64,000 nucleotides of DNA, taken from the NCBI GenBank assembly GCA_965202625.1, contig CBDBBI010000010.1, forward strand, positions 1,019,050 through 1,083,049. The letters run 5' to 3'. Both the position numbers and the translations under genes were made by a program. Below are positions 20,540 through 29,896 of this stretch, piece after piece. The notes beneath the pieces were generated by a model. That model saw nothing but the letters and a program-made list of their open reading frames with translations. It did no database searches and was not told the DNA's origin. This DNA comes from a bacterium. GTDB taxonomy: Bacteria; UBA8248. Positions within the stretch are counted from its first letter, which is position 1. Each line of letters opens with the position of its first letter.

Positions 20540-20850
20540 TGGTTCGAGGAGAATACCCCACGAGACGGCGTTTATTCCACTTTGATACTTCGCGCGAGAC
20601 GCAAGAGAGGAGCGGGAAGGAGGCGCGCATTTTCCCGTTGACGTAAAGGATGACCATATTCGGCACCAATGGCCATGCGCGCGCAAGGCATGGTCGCAAA
20701 CGAAAGAAGAGCGGCGGCCACGAGACGTAACTTCATCCCATGGGTCGCGCGACCCCCTTCGCGCGTCAAGTGGAAATTCAAGCCCCGCGAGAGTATTTCA
20801 TACCCTGAAGATCCGGACCTTTCGCTCAGATCACCTGTAAAAGGTGCAGC

Positions 20851-22125
20851 CTAGCCCATGTACTCCAGAATGTGCAGGCCCAGCCCCCAGCGGTCGGCCA
20901 TGTAGATGAGGCCCGTATCCTTGTCCACCTGAACGTCGTTGCTCTGGGGGCAGCAGCGCTCCTTCGTGCCGGCGGGGATGTAGTAGCCCACCTCCTTGGG
21001 CCGGAAGGGATTCGACCAGTCCACCACCCGCAGCCCCGCGTTGAACCAGCAGATGTACATGAGGTCGTCCTTCGTCATGTCAAGCCAGATGTTGTGCGCG
21101 CCGTGGCGCGAGCCCGTCTCGCTCCATTTCCTGTCGAGGGGCCGCATTTCAACGGGGTCGATCTCATAGGGCATGAAGGTGCTCACGGGCAGAGGCGCAA
21201 GCGGGTTTCTCAGATCGTAGAAGGTGACGAACGCCGGAGGATCATCGCAGTTCACCGTGGTGGTCTCCTGCGTCACGATGCCGAAATCCGACCCCTCCGG
21301 CACCAGAAAGCTGTGATAGCAGCCCGCCCAGCCGTGCGTCTCATGGGGGTTGTGTCGCCACACGAGCTCAGGCGCGGCCGGATCGGTCAAGTCGAACAGG
21401 GCGACGCCTGCGTCCCAATAGCCCGCGGTGACGTAGTTTCCCCAAGGGTTCCCCTCGTGAATCCAGGCTCCGTCGCCCACGATGTCCGGATCCCAGGAGG
21501 GCTCCTCCCCCTCCTTCTGGCCGGGTATAGCGCCCATGCCGATGAACTCCGGTGCCCAAGGGTCCTTCATGTCGTGGACGAGGAGCACCTTGCCCCGATA
21601 GCCGTCCTTGAAGCCCGAGCTGTACATGAGCTGCCGCTTGCGGTCGTAGATCGGCCGGTGGATTCCAAAGCCGTCCACCTCCACGTAGTTCACGAATTTA
21701 GGATGGAACGGGTCGCGGTTGTCGAAGACGCGCAAGCCACCGATGGCGTCCGGATATTTCTCTCGCAAGGCGGGCCGCAGCTCGGAGTTCGTGATCAGCA
21801 CCTCGTCGTTGATGCGCAGCACCTTGTGCGTGCGCGCCGCGGGGCTGTCCACAATCTGGTTGATGATTTTGGGATTCGCCGGATCTTTGACGTCGAGAAT
21901 CGTCATGCCGTCGTGGCCGTTCACGCCCGAGGCCGCGACGTAGCAGATGCCGCCGCCCACCTGAATCTGAAACGCGTCGCCCCAGCCGTTCAGGTCCGAA
22001 TGGGCGACGAGGCGGACGCCCTGCGCCTCCTCCTGCCAAGGCTCGGTGAGCACGTGATCCACTCCCGTGTAGGCGTCGTTGCCACCGCCTCGAATGGGGT
22101 TTGGGTGATACGAGGGTCTGGGCAT
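20851..22125 (-). CDS. LVIVD-repeat beta-propeller protein
   Basis: Trimmed to the Met MPRPSYHP. Repeated ~40-aa units carry LxVxD-like cores (MTILDVKD, VALFDLTD, LRVVDWSN). Confidence 0.65.
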   Translation of the reverse strand: MPRPSYHPNPIRGGGNDAYTGVDHVLTEPWQEEAQGVRLVAHSDLNGWGDAFQIQVGGGICYVAASGVNGHDGMTILDVKDPANPKIINQIVDSPAARTHKVLRINDEVLITNSELRPALREKYPDAIGGLRVFDNRDPFHPKFVNYVEVDGFGIHRPIYDRKRQLMYSSGFKDGYRGKVLLVHDMKDPWAPEFIGMGAIPGQKEGEEPSWDPDIVGDGAWIHEGNPWGNYVTAGYWDAGVALFDLTDPAAPELVWRHNPHETHGWAGCYHSFLVPEGSDFGIVTQETTTVNCDDPPAFVTFYDLRNPLAPLPVSTFMPYEIDPVEMRPLDRKWSETGSRHGAHNIWLDMTKDDLMYICWFNAGLRVVDWSNPFRPKEVGYYIPAGTKERCCPQSNDVQVDKDTGLIYMADRWGLGLHILEYMG

Positions 22126-22267
22126 GGTTCCTCCGCGAAAAAAATAGACGATGACGAATGAAGCGAACTCGCGAGTTTCACTATATGAGAAAATTCCGGC
22201 TTGCGAAAGCACGGGAGGGAGCCGGCTTCTATTGCCTCTTCATTCAAGCCATCCCCTCCTGAGGGGG

Positions 22268-23389
22268 TCATTCTTGCCGGAACAAGCGGATGAAATCCGC
22301 AAAGGGGGCGGGCGGGATTTTGGCGACCTCCATGTTTTCCAGAACGTGAGAGATCTGGCGCATTCCCACGAGGGCGACGGCCACGCCGGGTGCGCTGCGC
22401 GTGAACTGAATGGCGCGCTGCGCATCGGTGGAAAAACCGGAAAACGTCTCCCCCACGACGGCGGGAAGCCCTTGGGCCGCTTGTCCCTGAAGCATTGAGC
22501 CGCTCGTCATGACGGTGAGGCCGCTCTGGGCGGCGGCGGCCAGAAAACTCTTCATCTCTCCGCCTTGGTCCTGATTCGGCCGGGAGAAAGCCTCGGTCAT
22601 GCCCAGGTTCAGGGGCAGCTGCACCGCCCGAAAATGGTGATCCTCCCCGCCCGCCGCCCGCGCCGCCTCCAACACCTCGGCGAGCGAGAGATACTCCCCC
22701 TCGTCCGGTGCCAGGCGATAGCCATTCCAGGTGGCCGTGCCGTAGGTACGTATCTTCCTTTCCGCCACGGCACGCTCGCACTCCTCGAAAGCGTCCCGCA
22801 GCCGGCCCAGAAAAATTTTTCGTGAAACCGCCTGCAGCTGCGTCTCGGGGTTGTGGAGGTAATAGACGTCGATGGTCTCAAGTCCCAGGTTCCGAAGGCT
22901 CGCTTCCAGTTCGTGCCGCAAATACGCAGGCGTCATGCAGTGACAATTTGCGACGACGTCCGCAGGGGTGCAGATACGAGGCGCGAAATAGGTTTTTCGC
23001 ATGTAATCCTCAAAATCTTCCCGCCCCTGGGGCGGATGCGCGTCGAAGGGAATGAATCCCCCTTTCGAGGATATGACCAGCCCCTCCCTGCGCGCATCCC
23101 CTGCGGCGAACGCATCCTCCAAAGCCGCCCCGGCGCTCCTCTCGCTGCGCTGAAAACGATAGTTCACCGCCGTGTCGATGACGTTGCACCCGCTGCGGAC
23201 GGCGGCTGCCAGAGACGCGCGATACGCCTCGTCCGTCGCCTCATCCGCCTCTCCGAGATAGGTGCCGACCCCGATCGAGGAGAGCCAGAGGCCGTTTGAT
23301 TCCCGGAAATGCGCGGGATGGCAAGTGGAGGAGTGCGTTTGCGCATAGCTTCGCGTCCCCTCGGTCGTAGCGAAACCCGGATGGGACAT
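22268..23389 (-). CDS. aldo/keto reductase family oxidoreductase
   Basis: The 373-aa protein shows AKR motifs GCNVIDTAVNY, IDVYYLHNPE and a C-terminal GMRQISHVLEN. Confidence 0.85.
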   Translation of the reverse strand: MSHPGFATTEGTRSYAQTHSSTCHPAHFRESNGLWLSSIGVGTYLGEADEATDEAYRASLAAAVRSGCNVIDTAVNYRFQRSERSAGAALEDAFAAGDARREGLVISSKGGFIPFDAHPPQGREDFEDYMRKTYFAPRICTPADVVANCHCMTPAYLRHELEASLRNLGLETIDVYYLHNPETQLQAVSRKIFLGRLRDAFEECERAVAERKIRTYGTATWNGYRLAPDEGEYLSLAEVLEAARAAGGEDHHFRAVQLPLNLGMTEAFSRPNQDQGGEMKSFLAAAAQSGLTVMTSGSMLQGQAAQGLPAVVGETFSGFSTDAQRAIQFTRSAPGVAVALVGMRQISHVLENMEVAKIPPAPFADFIRLFRQE

Positions 23390-23836
23390 CAGGGGATTAT
23401 CCGCTCGGCCAATGGGAGGCGAGGTCGGCAGCGTTCAGGGCGAACGCGGGAAGGGGCTGAATGAGGTTTTCTGCGGCGGTGCGGATGGTCATTCACGGCA
23501 TGAATCCCTCGCCCGCAAGGTCTTTTCTGATCTCTATTGCCTCTCCTGCTCCGGGCCTGTCAATGTTTCGCGAGCACACTCTATCAGACAAGACGGGAAG
23601 GTTCATACTTTAGAGTGAAGCGTCCACACATGATACAACCAAGGGCGGAGAAGATGAACGAAAAAAGCCGCTTTTCGTCAAAAATTGCCTCCTTGACACG
23701 CCCCCCCACTTCACCGATAATACACCCATCCGATAATTTCATTGAGGGCGAGGTCGCTATTTGCACATGATAGAGAAGCTGTTTTCCTCGTTGGGGAGCG
23801 CGCTTTGGACGTCTTTCACGAGAGGGGCTGAAGACC

Positions 23837-24301
23837 TTGGAAATCACCCTCACCATCAACGGCGAGAGCCAGACATACGACGCACCGCCCAGAACCCTTC
23901 TGGTTCACCTCCTGCGCGATGAGGCGGGGCTTACGGGTACCCACGTCGCTTGCGAAACCTCGATATGCGGGGCCTGCACCGTCCTGATTGACGGCAAGGC
24001 GGTGAAAAGCTGCACCCTGCTGGCCGCACAGGCGGACGGCTGTGCGATCACGACCATTGAGGGGGTGGCCTCGGGCGATGCGCTTCACCCTCTTCAGGAG
24101 CAGTTCTGGGAGAAGCACGGCCTTCAGTGCGGCTACTGCACGCCGGGCATGATCATGACGGCACACCAGCTCATCGCGTCGAACCCCGACCCGAGCGATG
24201 CGGAAATCCGGCACGGCATCGAGGGGAACGTTTGCCGATGCACGGGTTATCAGAACATCGTCGACGCCATTTCCGCCGCGGCGGCCCAGATGAGGGAATA
24301 A
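23837..24301 (+). CDS. coxS: [2Fe-2S]-binding small subunit of a xanthine dehydrogenase-family molybdoenzyme (CoxS/CutS-like)
   Basis: The ORF has a TTG start. The plant-type ferredoxin motif is CETSICGAC and the second cluster motifs are QCGYCTPG and CRCTGY. Confidence 0.85.
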   Translation: MEITLTINGESQTYDAPPRTLLVHLLRDEAGLTGTHVACETSICGACTVLIDGKAVKSCTLLAAQADGCAITTIEGVASGDALHPLQEQFWEKHGLQCGYCTPGMIMTAHQLIASNPDPSDAEIRHGIEGNVCRCTGYQNIVDAISAAAAQMRE

Positions 24302-24304
24302 CAG

Positions 24305-26638
24305 ATGGCACAGGCTCCCAAGTTCATCGGCGCGCCCATCAAGAGACGAGACGATCCGCGTCTCATTCAGGGCCTCGCCCATTACGTGGACGACTTCAAC
24401 CCGCCCGGCACCCTGCACATGGCGGTGGTGAGAAGTCCATACGGCCACGCCGCCATACGCTCGGTCGACGCGTCGAAGGCCCGGGCTGCGGAGGGCGTCG
24501 TCGCCGTATATACGTATGAGGACACGAAAGGGATCGGCCCCGTTCCAGTAGGCGGCCTCGTGCCTGACGCCAAGGTGCCCGAGCAGCCGGTTCTGGCGAA
24601 CAAGAAGGCGCTCTTCGCCGGAGAGCCCATCGCCGTGGTCGTCGCGCGGACGCGCTATGGTGCGCGAGACGCCGCGGAACTCGTGGAGGTCGATTGCGAT
24701 CCGCTCGACGCCGTGGTGGACGTCGAAAGCGCCCTGGACGCCAACGCACCCAGGGTGCACGAGGCGTATGAGAACAACGAGGCGTTCAAATGGGGGATAT
24801 CCGGCGGGGACGTGGAAGCCGGCTTCAGGGCGGCCGACGTCATCGTCAAGGAGCGCATCACGAACGCCCGCGTCGCTCCGCTGGCACTGGAGCCTCGGGG
24901 CGTTCTGGCCCACTACCTGCCGGGCGAGGACAAGATGACGCTGTGGACCTCCACCCAGGTACCGCACAAGGTGCGCACGCTGGTGGCGGGCCAGATTGGC
25001 ATGCCGGAGAATCGCATGCGCGTCATCGCACCCGAGGTGGGCGGCGGCTTTGGCAGCAAACTCAACATCTACCGCGAGGAGGCACTCGCCGCCTACGTCT
25101 CGCGCGAACTCGGCTTGCCGATCAAATGGGTGGAGAGCCGCTCAGAGAATTTCATGGCCACCATTCACGGGCGCGGCCAGGTGGGCGAAGTGGAGATGGG
25201 GCTCAAGAGCGACGGCACCATCACCGCCTTTCGCTACAACGTCCTTGCCGACTGCGGCGCCTACTATCAGCTGCTCACCGTGGCCATCTTCACGCTAACG
25301 GGCCTCATGCTTCCCGGTCCCTACAAAATCGACAACGTCGAGATGAACGCCACCGGCGTGTTCACGAACAAGATAGCGACGGACGCCTACCGGGGCGCCG
25401 GCCGTCCCGAGGCCACCTACATTCTCGAACGCATGATGGACGTCGCGGCGAAAAAGCTGGGGATGGACCCCGCGGAAATCCGCCGAAGGAATTTTCCGGA
25501 CAAGGCCGACTTCCCCTTCCCTACGTCCGCCGGCCTCACCTACGACAGCGGGGATTACCACGCGGCACTCGAGCGCGCACTCGAGGCCGCCGACTACCCC
25601 GCCATGCGCGCCCAGCAAGAGGAGGCCCGAAAGGCGGGTCGGCATCTGGGAATCGGCCTTTCCACCTACGTCGAGATTTGCGGTATGGGGCCTTCCGCCG
25701 CCATGGGCGGCCAGGGATGGGAGAGTGCGCGCGTGCGCGTGGAGCCCACGGGCAAGGCCACCGTATTCTCCGGCGCCTCGCCCCACGGCCAGGGCCAGCA
25801 AACCTCCTTCGCCCAGATCGTGGCCGACGGGCTGGGCATCGGGGTGGACGACGTCACCGTCATTCACGGGGACACCGACGTGGTACCCTATGGCGTGGGC
25901 ACCTTCGGCAGCCGGGGCACGGTGGTGGGCGGCTCGGCGGTCGTCTGCGCGCGCGACAAGGTGCGCGAGAAGATGGCCAAATTCGCGGCGCTCGAATTCG
26001 AGGCGGACGCGAGCGACGTCGCCTTCGAGGGCGGGGAGGTTTTCGTCAAGAGCGCACCCGAGAAGTCGGCCGCCTTCGCCGACATCGCGCAGCTCGCCTA
26101 CAGTGCCATCAAACTTCCGGAGAACACCGATCCGGGGCTTGAGGAGACGCACTTCTTCGAGCCGAGCAACTTCACCTTCCCCTTCGGGGCGCACGTCGTT
26201 CTGGCCGAGGTGGATTCAGAGACGGGGGACGTGGAGATTCTCCGATACGTAGCGGTGGACGACGTGGGCAACATGATCAACCCGCTGCTCGTCCAGGGCC
26301 AGATTCACGGCGGCATCGCCCAGGGGATGGGACAGGCACTGGAAGAGGAGATGCTCTACGGCGAGGGCGGACAGCCGCTCAACGCATCCCTCATGCACTA
26401 CGCCCTCCCCAAGGCGAATCGCCTGCCCCGCTTCGAGCTTCTCCACACCACCACGCCGACGGACGTCAACCCGCTCGGGGCGAAAGGCGTGGGCGAGGCC
26501 GGTACCATCGGCTCCACCCCCGCCGTGGTGAACGCCGTCATCGACGCCCTCGCACCCTTTGGCGTCACCCACATCGACATGCCCCTGCGCCCCGAGAAGG
26601 TATGGCGCGCCATCGCCGGAAAGAAGGGTCTCGCATGA
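24305..26638 (+). CDS. coxL: molybdopterin-binding large subunit, form-II CO-dehydrogenase-like (CoxL-II)
   Basis: The 777-aa protein carries the active-site loop ATDAYRGAGRPE, which is the form-II AYRGAGR variant rather than the form-I VAYRCSFR. The gene order is S-L-M. Confidence 0.85.
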   Translation: MAQAPKFIGAPIKRRDDPRLIQGLAHYVDDFNPPGTLHMAVVRSPYGHAAIRSVDASKARAAEGVVAVYTYEDTKGIGPVPVGGLVPDAKVPEQPVLANKKALFAGEPIAVVVARTRYGARDAAELVEVDCDPLDAVVDVESALDANAPRVHEAYENNEAFKWGISGGDVEAGFRAADVIVKERITNARVAPLALEPRGVLAHYLPGEDKMTLWTSTQVPHKVRTLVAGQIGMPENRMRVIAPEVGGGFGSKLNIYREEALAAYVSRELGLPIKWVESRSENFMATIHGRGQVGEVEMGLKSDGTITAFRYNVLADCGAYYQLLTVAIFTLTGLMLPGPYKIDNVEMNATGVFTNKIATDAYRGAGRPEATYILERMMDVAAKKLGMDPAEIRRRNFPDKADFPFPTSAGLTYDSGDYHAALERALEAADYPAMRAQQEEARKAGRHLGIGLSTYVEICGMGPSAAMGGQGWESARVRVEPTGKATVFSGASPHGQGQQTSFAQIVADGLGIGVDDVTVIHGDTDVVPYGVGTFGSRGTVVGGSAVVCARDKVREKMAKFAALEFEADASDVAFEGGEVFVKSAPEKSAAFADIAQLAYSAIKLPENTDPGLEETHFFEPSNFTFPFGAHVVLAEVDSETGDVEILRYVAVDDVGNMINPLLVQGQIHGGIAQGMGQALEEEMLYGEGGQPLNASLMHYALPKANRLPRFELLHTTTPTDVNPLGAKGVGEAGTIGSTPAVVNAVIDALAPFGVTHIDMPLRPEKVWRAIAGKKGLA

Positions 26639-27510
26639 TTCCAGCCCCTTTCGACTACGTTCGTCCCAAGACGCTTGCGGACGCCCTCGCGCGTCTCAAA
26701 GAATCCGGAGACGATGCGAAACTCCTCGCCGGCGGCCACAGTCTTCTGCCCGTGATGAAGGCGAGGCTCGCGCATCCGCGCGTCCTCATCGACGTCGCCC
26801 GGGTTGAGGGGCTGTCGGGCATCGCAGAATCAGACGGCACCCTTCGCATCGGGGCGATGACGACCCACGCCGAAATCGAGGCGTCACCCGTAGTGGGGGA
26901 GAAATGCCGGCTCCTCGCCGAGGCTGCGGGTGCGATTGGCGACGCGCAGGTCAGAAACCGGGGCACGCTGGGCGGTGCTCTCGCCCATGCCGACCCTGCC
27001 GCCGACTACCCGGCGGCCATGCTGGCGAGCGGTGCGGAAATCATCGCGGCGGGCGAGAACGGGGAGCGCGTCATCGGTGCTGACGACTTCTTCACCGGAA
27101 CGTATGAAACCGCCCTCGCCCCTGGCGAGATTCTCGTTTCTGTCCGCATACCCGCTTCACCAGCGCGCAGCGGAGGGGCGTATCTCAAGGCGGCACAGCA
27201 GGCCAGCGGCTTCGCCGTCTGCGGCGTGGCGGCCCGGCTCGCACTGGGTGCGGACGGCTCCGTCTCCTCCCTTCGCGTGGGCGTGACGGGCGTCGCCACT
27301 CCCGCCTATCGCGCCAGGAGCGTCGAGAACGCCCTCATCGGCGGGACACCGAGCGCGGAGGAAATCCAGGCGGCGGCGCGGACGGCCGGCGAAGGCGTCG
27401 AGGCACTCGATGATTTTTACGCCGGAGCGGATTTCAGACGCCACCTTGCCGGAGTCTACGCCGGGCGCGCCATCTCCAAAGCACTGGCGCGTGCCTCCGG
27501 CGGCGAATAG
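26635..27510 (+). CDS. coxM: FAD-binding medium subunit (CoxM/CutM-like)
   Basis: The start overlaps the coxL stop (ATGA). The N-terminus is the FAD-binding PCMH type (LLAGGHSLLPVMK). Confidence 0.85.
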   Translation: MIPAPFDYVRPKTLADALARLKESGDDAKLLAGGHSLLPVMKARLAHPRVLIDVARVEGLSGIAESDGTLRIGAMTTHAEIEASPVVGEKCRLLAEAAGAIGDAQVRNRGTLGGALAHADPAADYPAAMLASGAEIIAAGENGERVIGADDFFTGTYETALAPGEILVSVRIPASPARSGGAYLKAAQQASGFAVCGVAARLALGADGSVSSLRVGVTGVATPAYRARSVENALIGGTPSAEEIQAAARTAGEGVEALDDFYAGADFRRHLAGVYAGRAISKALARASGGE

Positions 27511-27594
27511 ATACACCCACGTCCCAGCGACGCAATCCCATGCTCTCCATTCGCGGCGCACGGCGCGCTTTTTCTCTCCCCCAGCGATGCCGGC

Positions 27595-28434
27595 ATGTGC
27601 TCCCTGACGTTGGCTAAGCCTCCGCTCCTCCCCTCCATCCCCTGGCTTGCGCGTGAGAACGCGCGTCTCATCTCCCGGCTCCGCGCGCTCTCCGACGCCG
27701 ATTGGCGAAAGCCCACTTTCTGTCCCGCCTGGGACGCGCGCCAGCTCGTCGGCCACATGACGGGAGGTGCCATCTCCTATCTCGAGCGGATACAGGCGAC
27801 GCAGCAGGGCGACGTCATCCTCTCTCTCGGTGCCGAGACGCCGGAGGAATTCCAGGCGGCGCGGGATGCGATCATGAAAAAATCCGCCGCCATGTCTTCG
27901 GCGGATCGCATCGACTGGCTGGAAAGGAGCCAGGACGCGCTACAAAATGCGCTGGCACGCCTCACGCCCGGCGATCTGGATCGGCCGCTCTGGCATAGAA
28001 AGGGAGACACGCGGCTTCGATCTTTTCCCGATCAGAGGCTTTATGAGGTAGCGCTTCACTGCTGGGATTTGAAGAACCATTCCGCCGCACCTCTTCACGC
28101 CGACGCATTGGGCGCGCTCGTGGACGTCCTCAGGACGAGGCTTCCCCTGCAGTGCAACCGCGCCGCGGCGGCGGGAATAGAAGGCACGTTTCGTTTCGAG
28201 ACAACCGCGCCCAAAGCGGCATGGGAGATGACGATAGCCGACGGCGAGGCATCGCCCAGTGCGCGTCTTTGCGAGGCACCCGACGCCTCCCTCTCCGCGT
28301 CCGCCAGCGACATGGTACTCTTGTGCGCGGGCCGGGCGTGCCGTGCTGCGAAGATGGCGAGCGGCGACCTCCTCGTCCAGGGAGACGCGCGGGGAGCGGC
28401 GCGACTCATGGACGTCCTGTTCCAGCCCTTTTGA
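27595..28434 (+). CDS. maleylpyruvate isomerase N-terminal-domain (DinB/MDMPI, TIGR03083-like) protein
   Basis: The N-terminal motif WRKPTFCPAWDARQLVGHM is typical of the mycothiol-dependent MDMPI N-domain family. Confidence 0.6.
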   Translation: MCSLTLAKPPLLPSIPWLARENARLISRLRALSDADWRKPTFCPAWDARQLVGHMTGGAISYLERIQATQQGDVILSLGAETPEEFQAARDAIMKKSAAMSSADRIDWLERSQDALQNALARLTPGDLDRPLWHRKGDTRLRSFPDQRLYEVALHCWDLKNHSAAPLHADALGALVDVLRTRLPLQCNRAAAAGIEGTFRFETTAPKAAWEMTIADGEASPSARLCEAPDASLSASASDMVLLCAGRACRAAKMASGDLLVQGDARGAARLMDVLFQPF

Positions 28435-28444
28435 AGGATCACGT

Positions 28445-28960
28445 ATGCGGCTCCTCATTGACGGCTACAACCTCATCCCCGCCATTCCGGAGCTCAGGCG
28501 AACGCTTCATCAGGACCTTGAGGCCGGGCGCGACGGCCTCATCAAGACGCTTCAGGACTATCGCAGAAACTCTCCGCTGAAACCGCTCATCACCGTCGTG
28601 TTCGACGGCAAATCCCGCCACGATCGAGGCGGAAGCGGAAAAGCGAACGGGGTCGAGGTGCTGTTCTCCAGAGGCGAAATTGCCGACGCGCTCATCTTGC
28701 GCCTTTTGAAAAACGAATACAGGGGCGCCGTTCTCGTCACATCGGACAGAGCACTCGGTGCGTCGGCGGCCCCTTACGCGGCGACGGTCGTGCGGACGGG
28801 AGAATTCAGAGAACGCCTCTATGAGGCGTCCTTCACCGATGAAGAGAAAGACTGCGATGAAGCCCCCATACGCACAAGGAGCGACACACGGAAAAAGGGA
28901 AACCCGAGGCGCGCCTCCAAAAAAGAGCGCAGGCGCAACAAACATCTCAGAAACCTTTGA
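28445..28960 (+). CDS. NYN-domain protein (YacP/Rae1-like predicted RNA nuclease)
   Basis: Trimmed to MRLLIDGYNLIP. The PLITVVFDG motif matches the YacP-type NYN fold. The C-terminal tail is basic. Confidence 0.65.
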   Translation: MRLLIDGYNLIPAIPELRRTLHQDLEAGRDGLIKTLQDYRRNSPLKPLITVVFDGKSRHDRGGSGKANGVEVLFSRGEIADALILRLLKNEYRGAVLVTSDRALGASAAPYAATVVRTGEFRERLYEASFTDEEKDCDEAPIRTRSDTRKKGNPRRASKKERRRNKHLRNL

Positions 28961-29062
28961 GACGCGCGCCGGTTCTTTCCAGGGTTTTCATATCCCCCCT
29001 GCGGCGGGTGCTCATTCCATGATCGAAAAACGCCCCATCCCTCGCTTGCCCCGGAGTTCACG

Positions 29063-29764
29063 ATGACCGCCGCGCATGACGCGTCGTTTCGCGTCGGTCT
29101 GTTGGTTCCATCGTCAAACGCCACGATGGAGCGCGATTTTCACAAAAACCTGCCTGAGGAAGTCTCCGTTTGCACCTCCCGAATGTTTCTGGACGAGACG
29201 ACCAGGCAAGCCGAAATCCGCATGATCGAAGAATCCCTGCCCGAGGCGAGTCGGATGCTTCGGACGGCTCATCCCCATTTTTGCGTCTTTGGCTGCACGT
29301 CGGGAGGCGCGCTCTTTGGAAGGGCGCACGACAGGAGAATACAAGCGCGGATCGAGGCGCAAACCGGCGCCGAGACGACCACCATTCTCTCGGCACTCTC
29401 CAGGGAGTTCTCCGAGATGGGCGCGAAAAAGCTGGTGGTGCTCACGCCCTATATTGATGAGTTGAACGCGCCCATCCGCGCCTCCCTTGAAGAAGACGGA
29501 CGTGAGGTTCTCTCCATAGACGGCATGGGGATGACGAACAACGTCGCCATCGGAAACACGGGGGCGGAGAGAATCCTCCAATTCTCGGACGAGCACCTTT
29601 CGGCGCAAACCTTGAAAAATGCGGACTGTCTTTTCATCTCCTGTACGAACCTGCCCGCTCTCGACGCCCTGCCCCAGATTCACGCCCGCTACCCCGGCCT
29701 GGCGGTGATGACGAGCAACCTGGCCGCACTCCTGGCAGTGCGCAGAAAACTGAAGGAAAAATGA
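29063..29764 (+). CDS. Asp/Glu/hydantoin racemase superfamily protein, two-Cys type (maleate cis-trans isomerase-like)
   Basis: The two conserved catalytic Cys contexts FGCTSGG and ISCTNLPALD are present. Length is 233 aa. Confidence 0.7.
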   Translation: MTAAHDASFRVGLLVPSSNATMERDFHKNLPEEVSVCTSRMFLDETTRQAEIRMIEESLPEASRMLRTAHPHFCVFGCTSGGALFGRAHDRRIQARIEAQTGAETTTILSALSREFSEMGAKKLVVLTPYIDELNAPIRASLEEDGREVLSIDGMGMTNNVAIGNTGAERILQFSDEHLSAQTLKNADCLFISCTNLPALDALPQIHARYPGLAVMTSNLAALLAVRRKLKEK

Positions 29765-29896
29765 TTCGGTGCGCGTCCGCCAGGGGACTCCCCCTCTCCT
29801 TTTTTCTTGCGGAAAAATCGGTGTAAGATGCCCGTTCTTCTCACACGCACCGAACCCATGCGGCATCCAAGGCCGCCTTGGGGACCATAGGCTCTG

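Noticed and set aside
20872-22161. 429-aa plus-strand ORF opposite the LVIVD-repeat gene
   Set aside because: It is antisense to a well-supported gene. The product is Arg/Val/His-rich, typical of high-GC shadow ORFs.
24790-26142. 450-aa alternative-frame ORF inside coxL, and the 299-aa minus ORF 25295..26194
   Set aside because: These are same-locus shadow frames of the CoxL gene. Their products are extremely Arg/Gly-rich with no domain signal.
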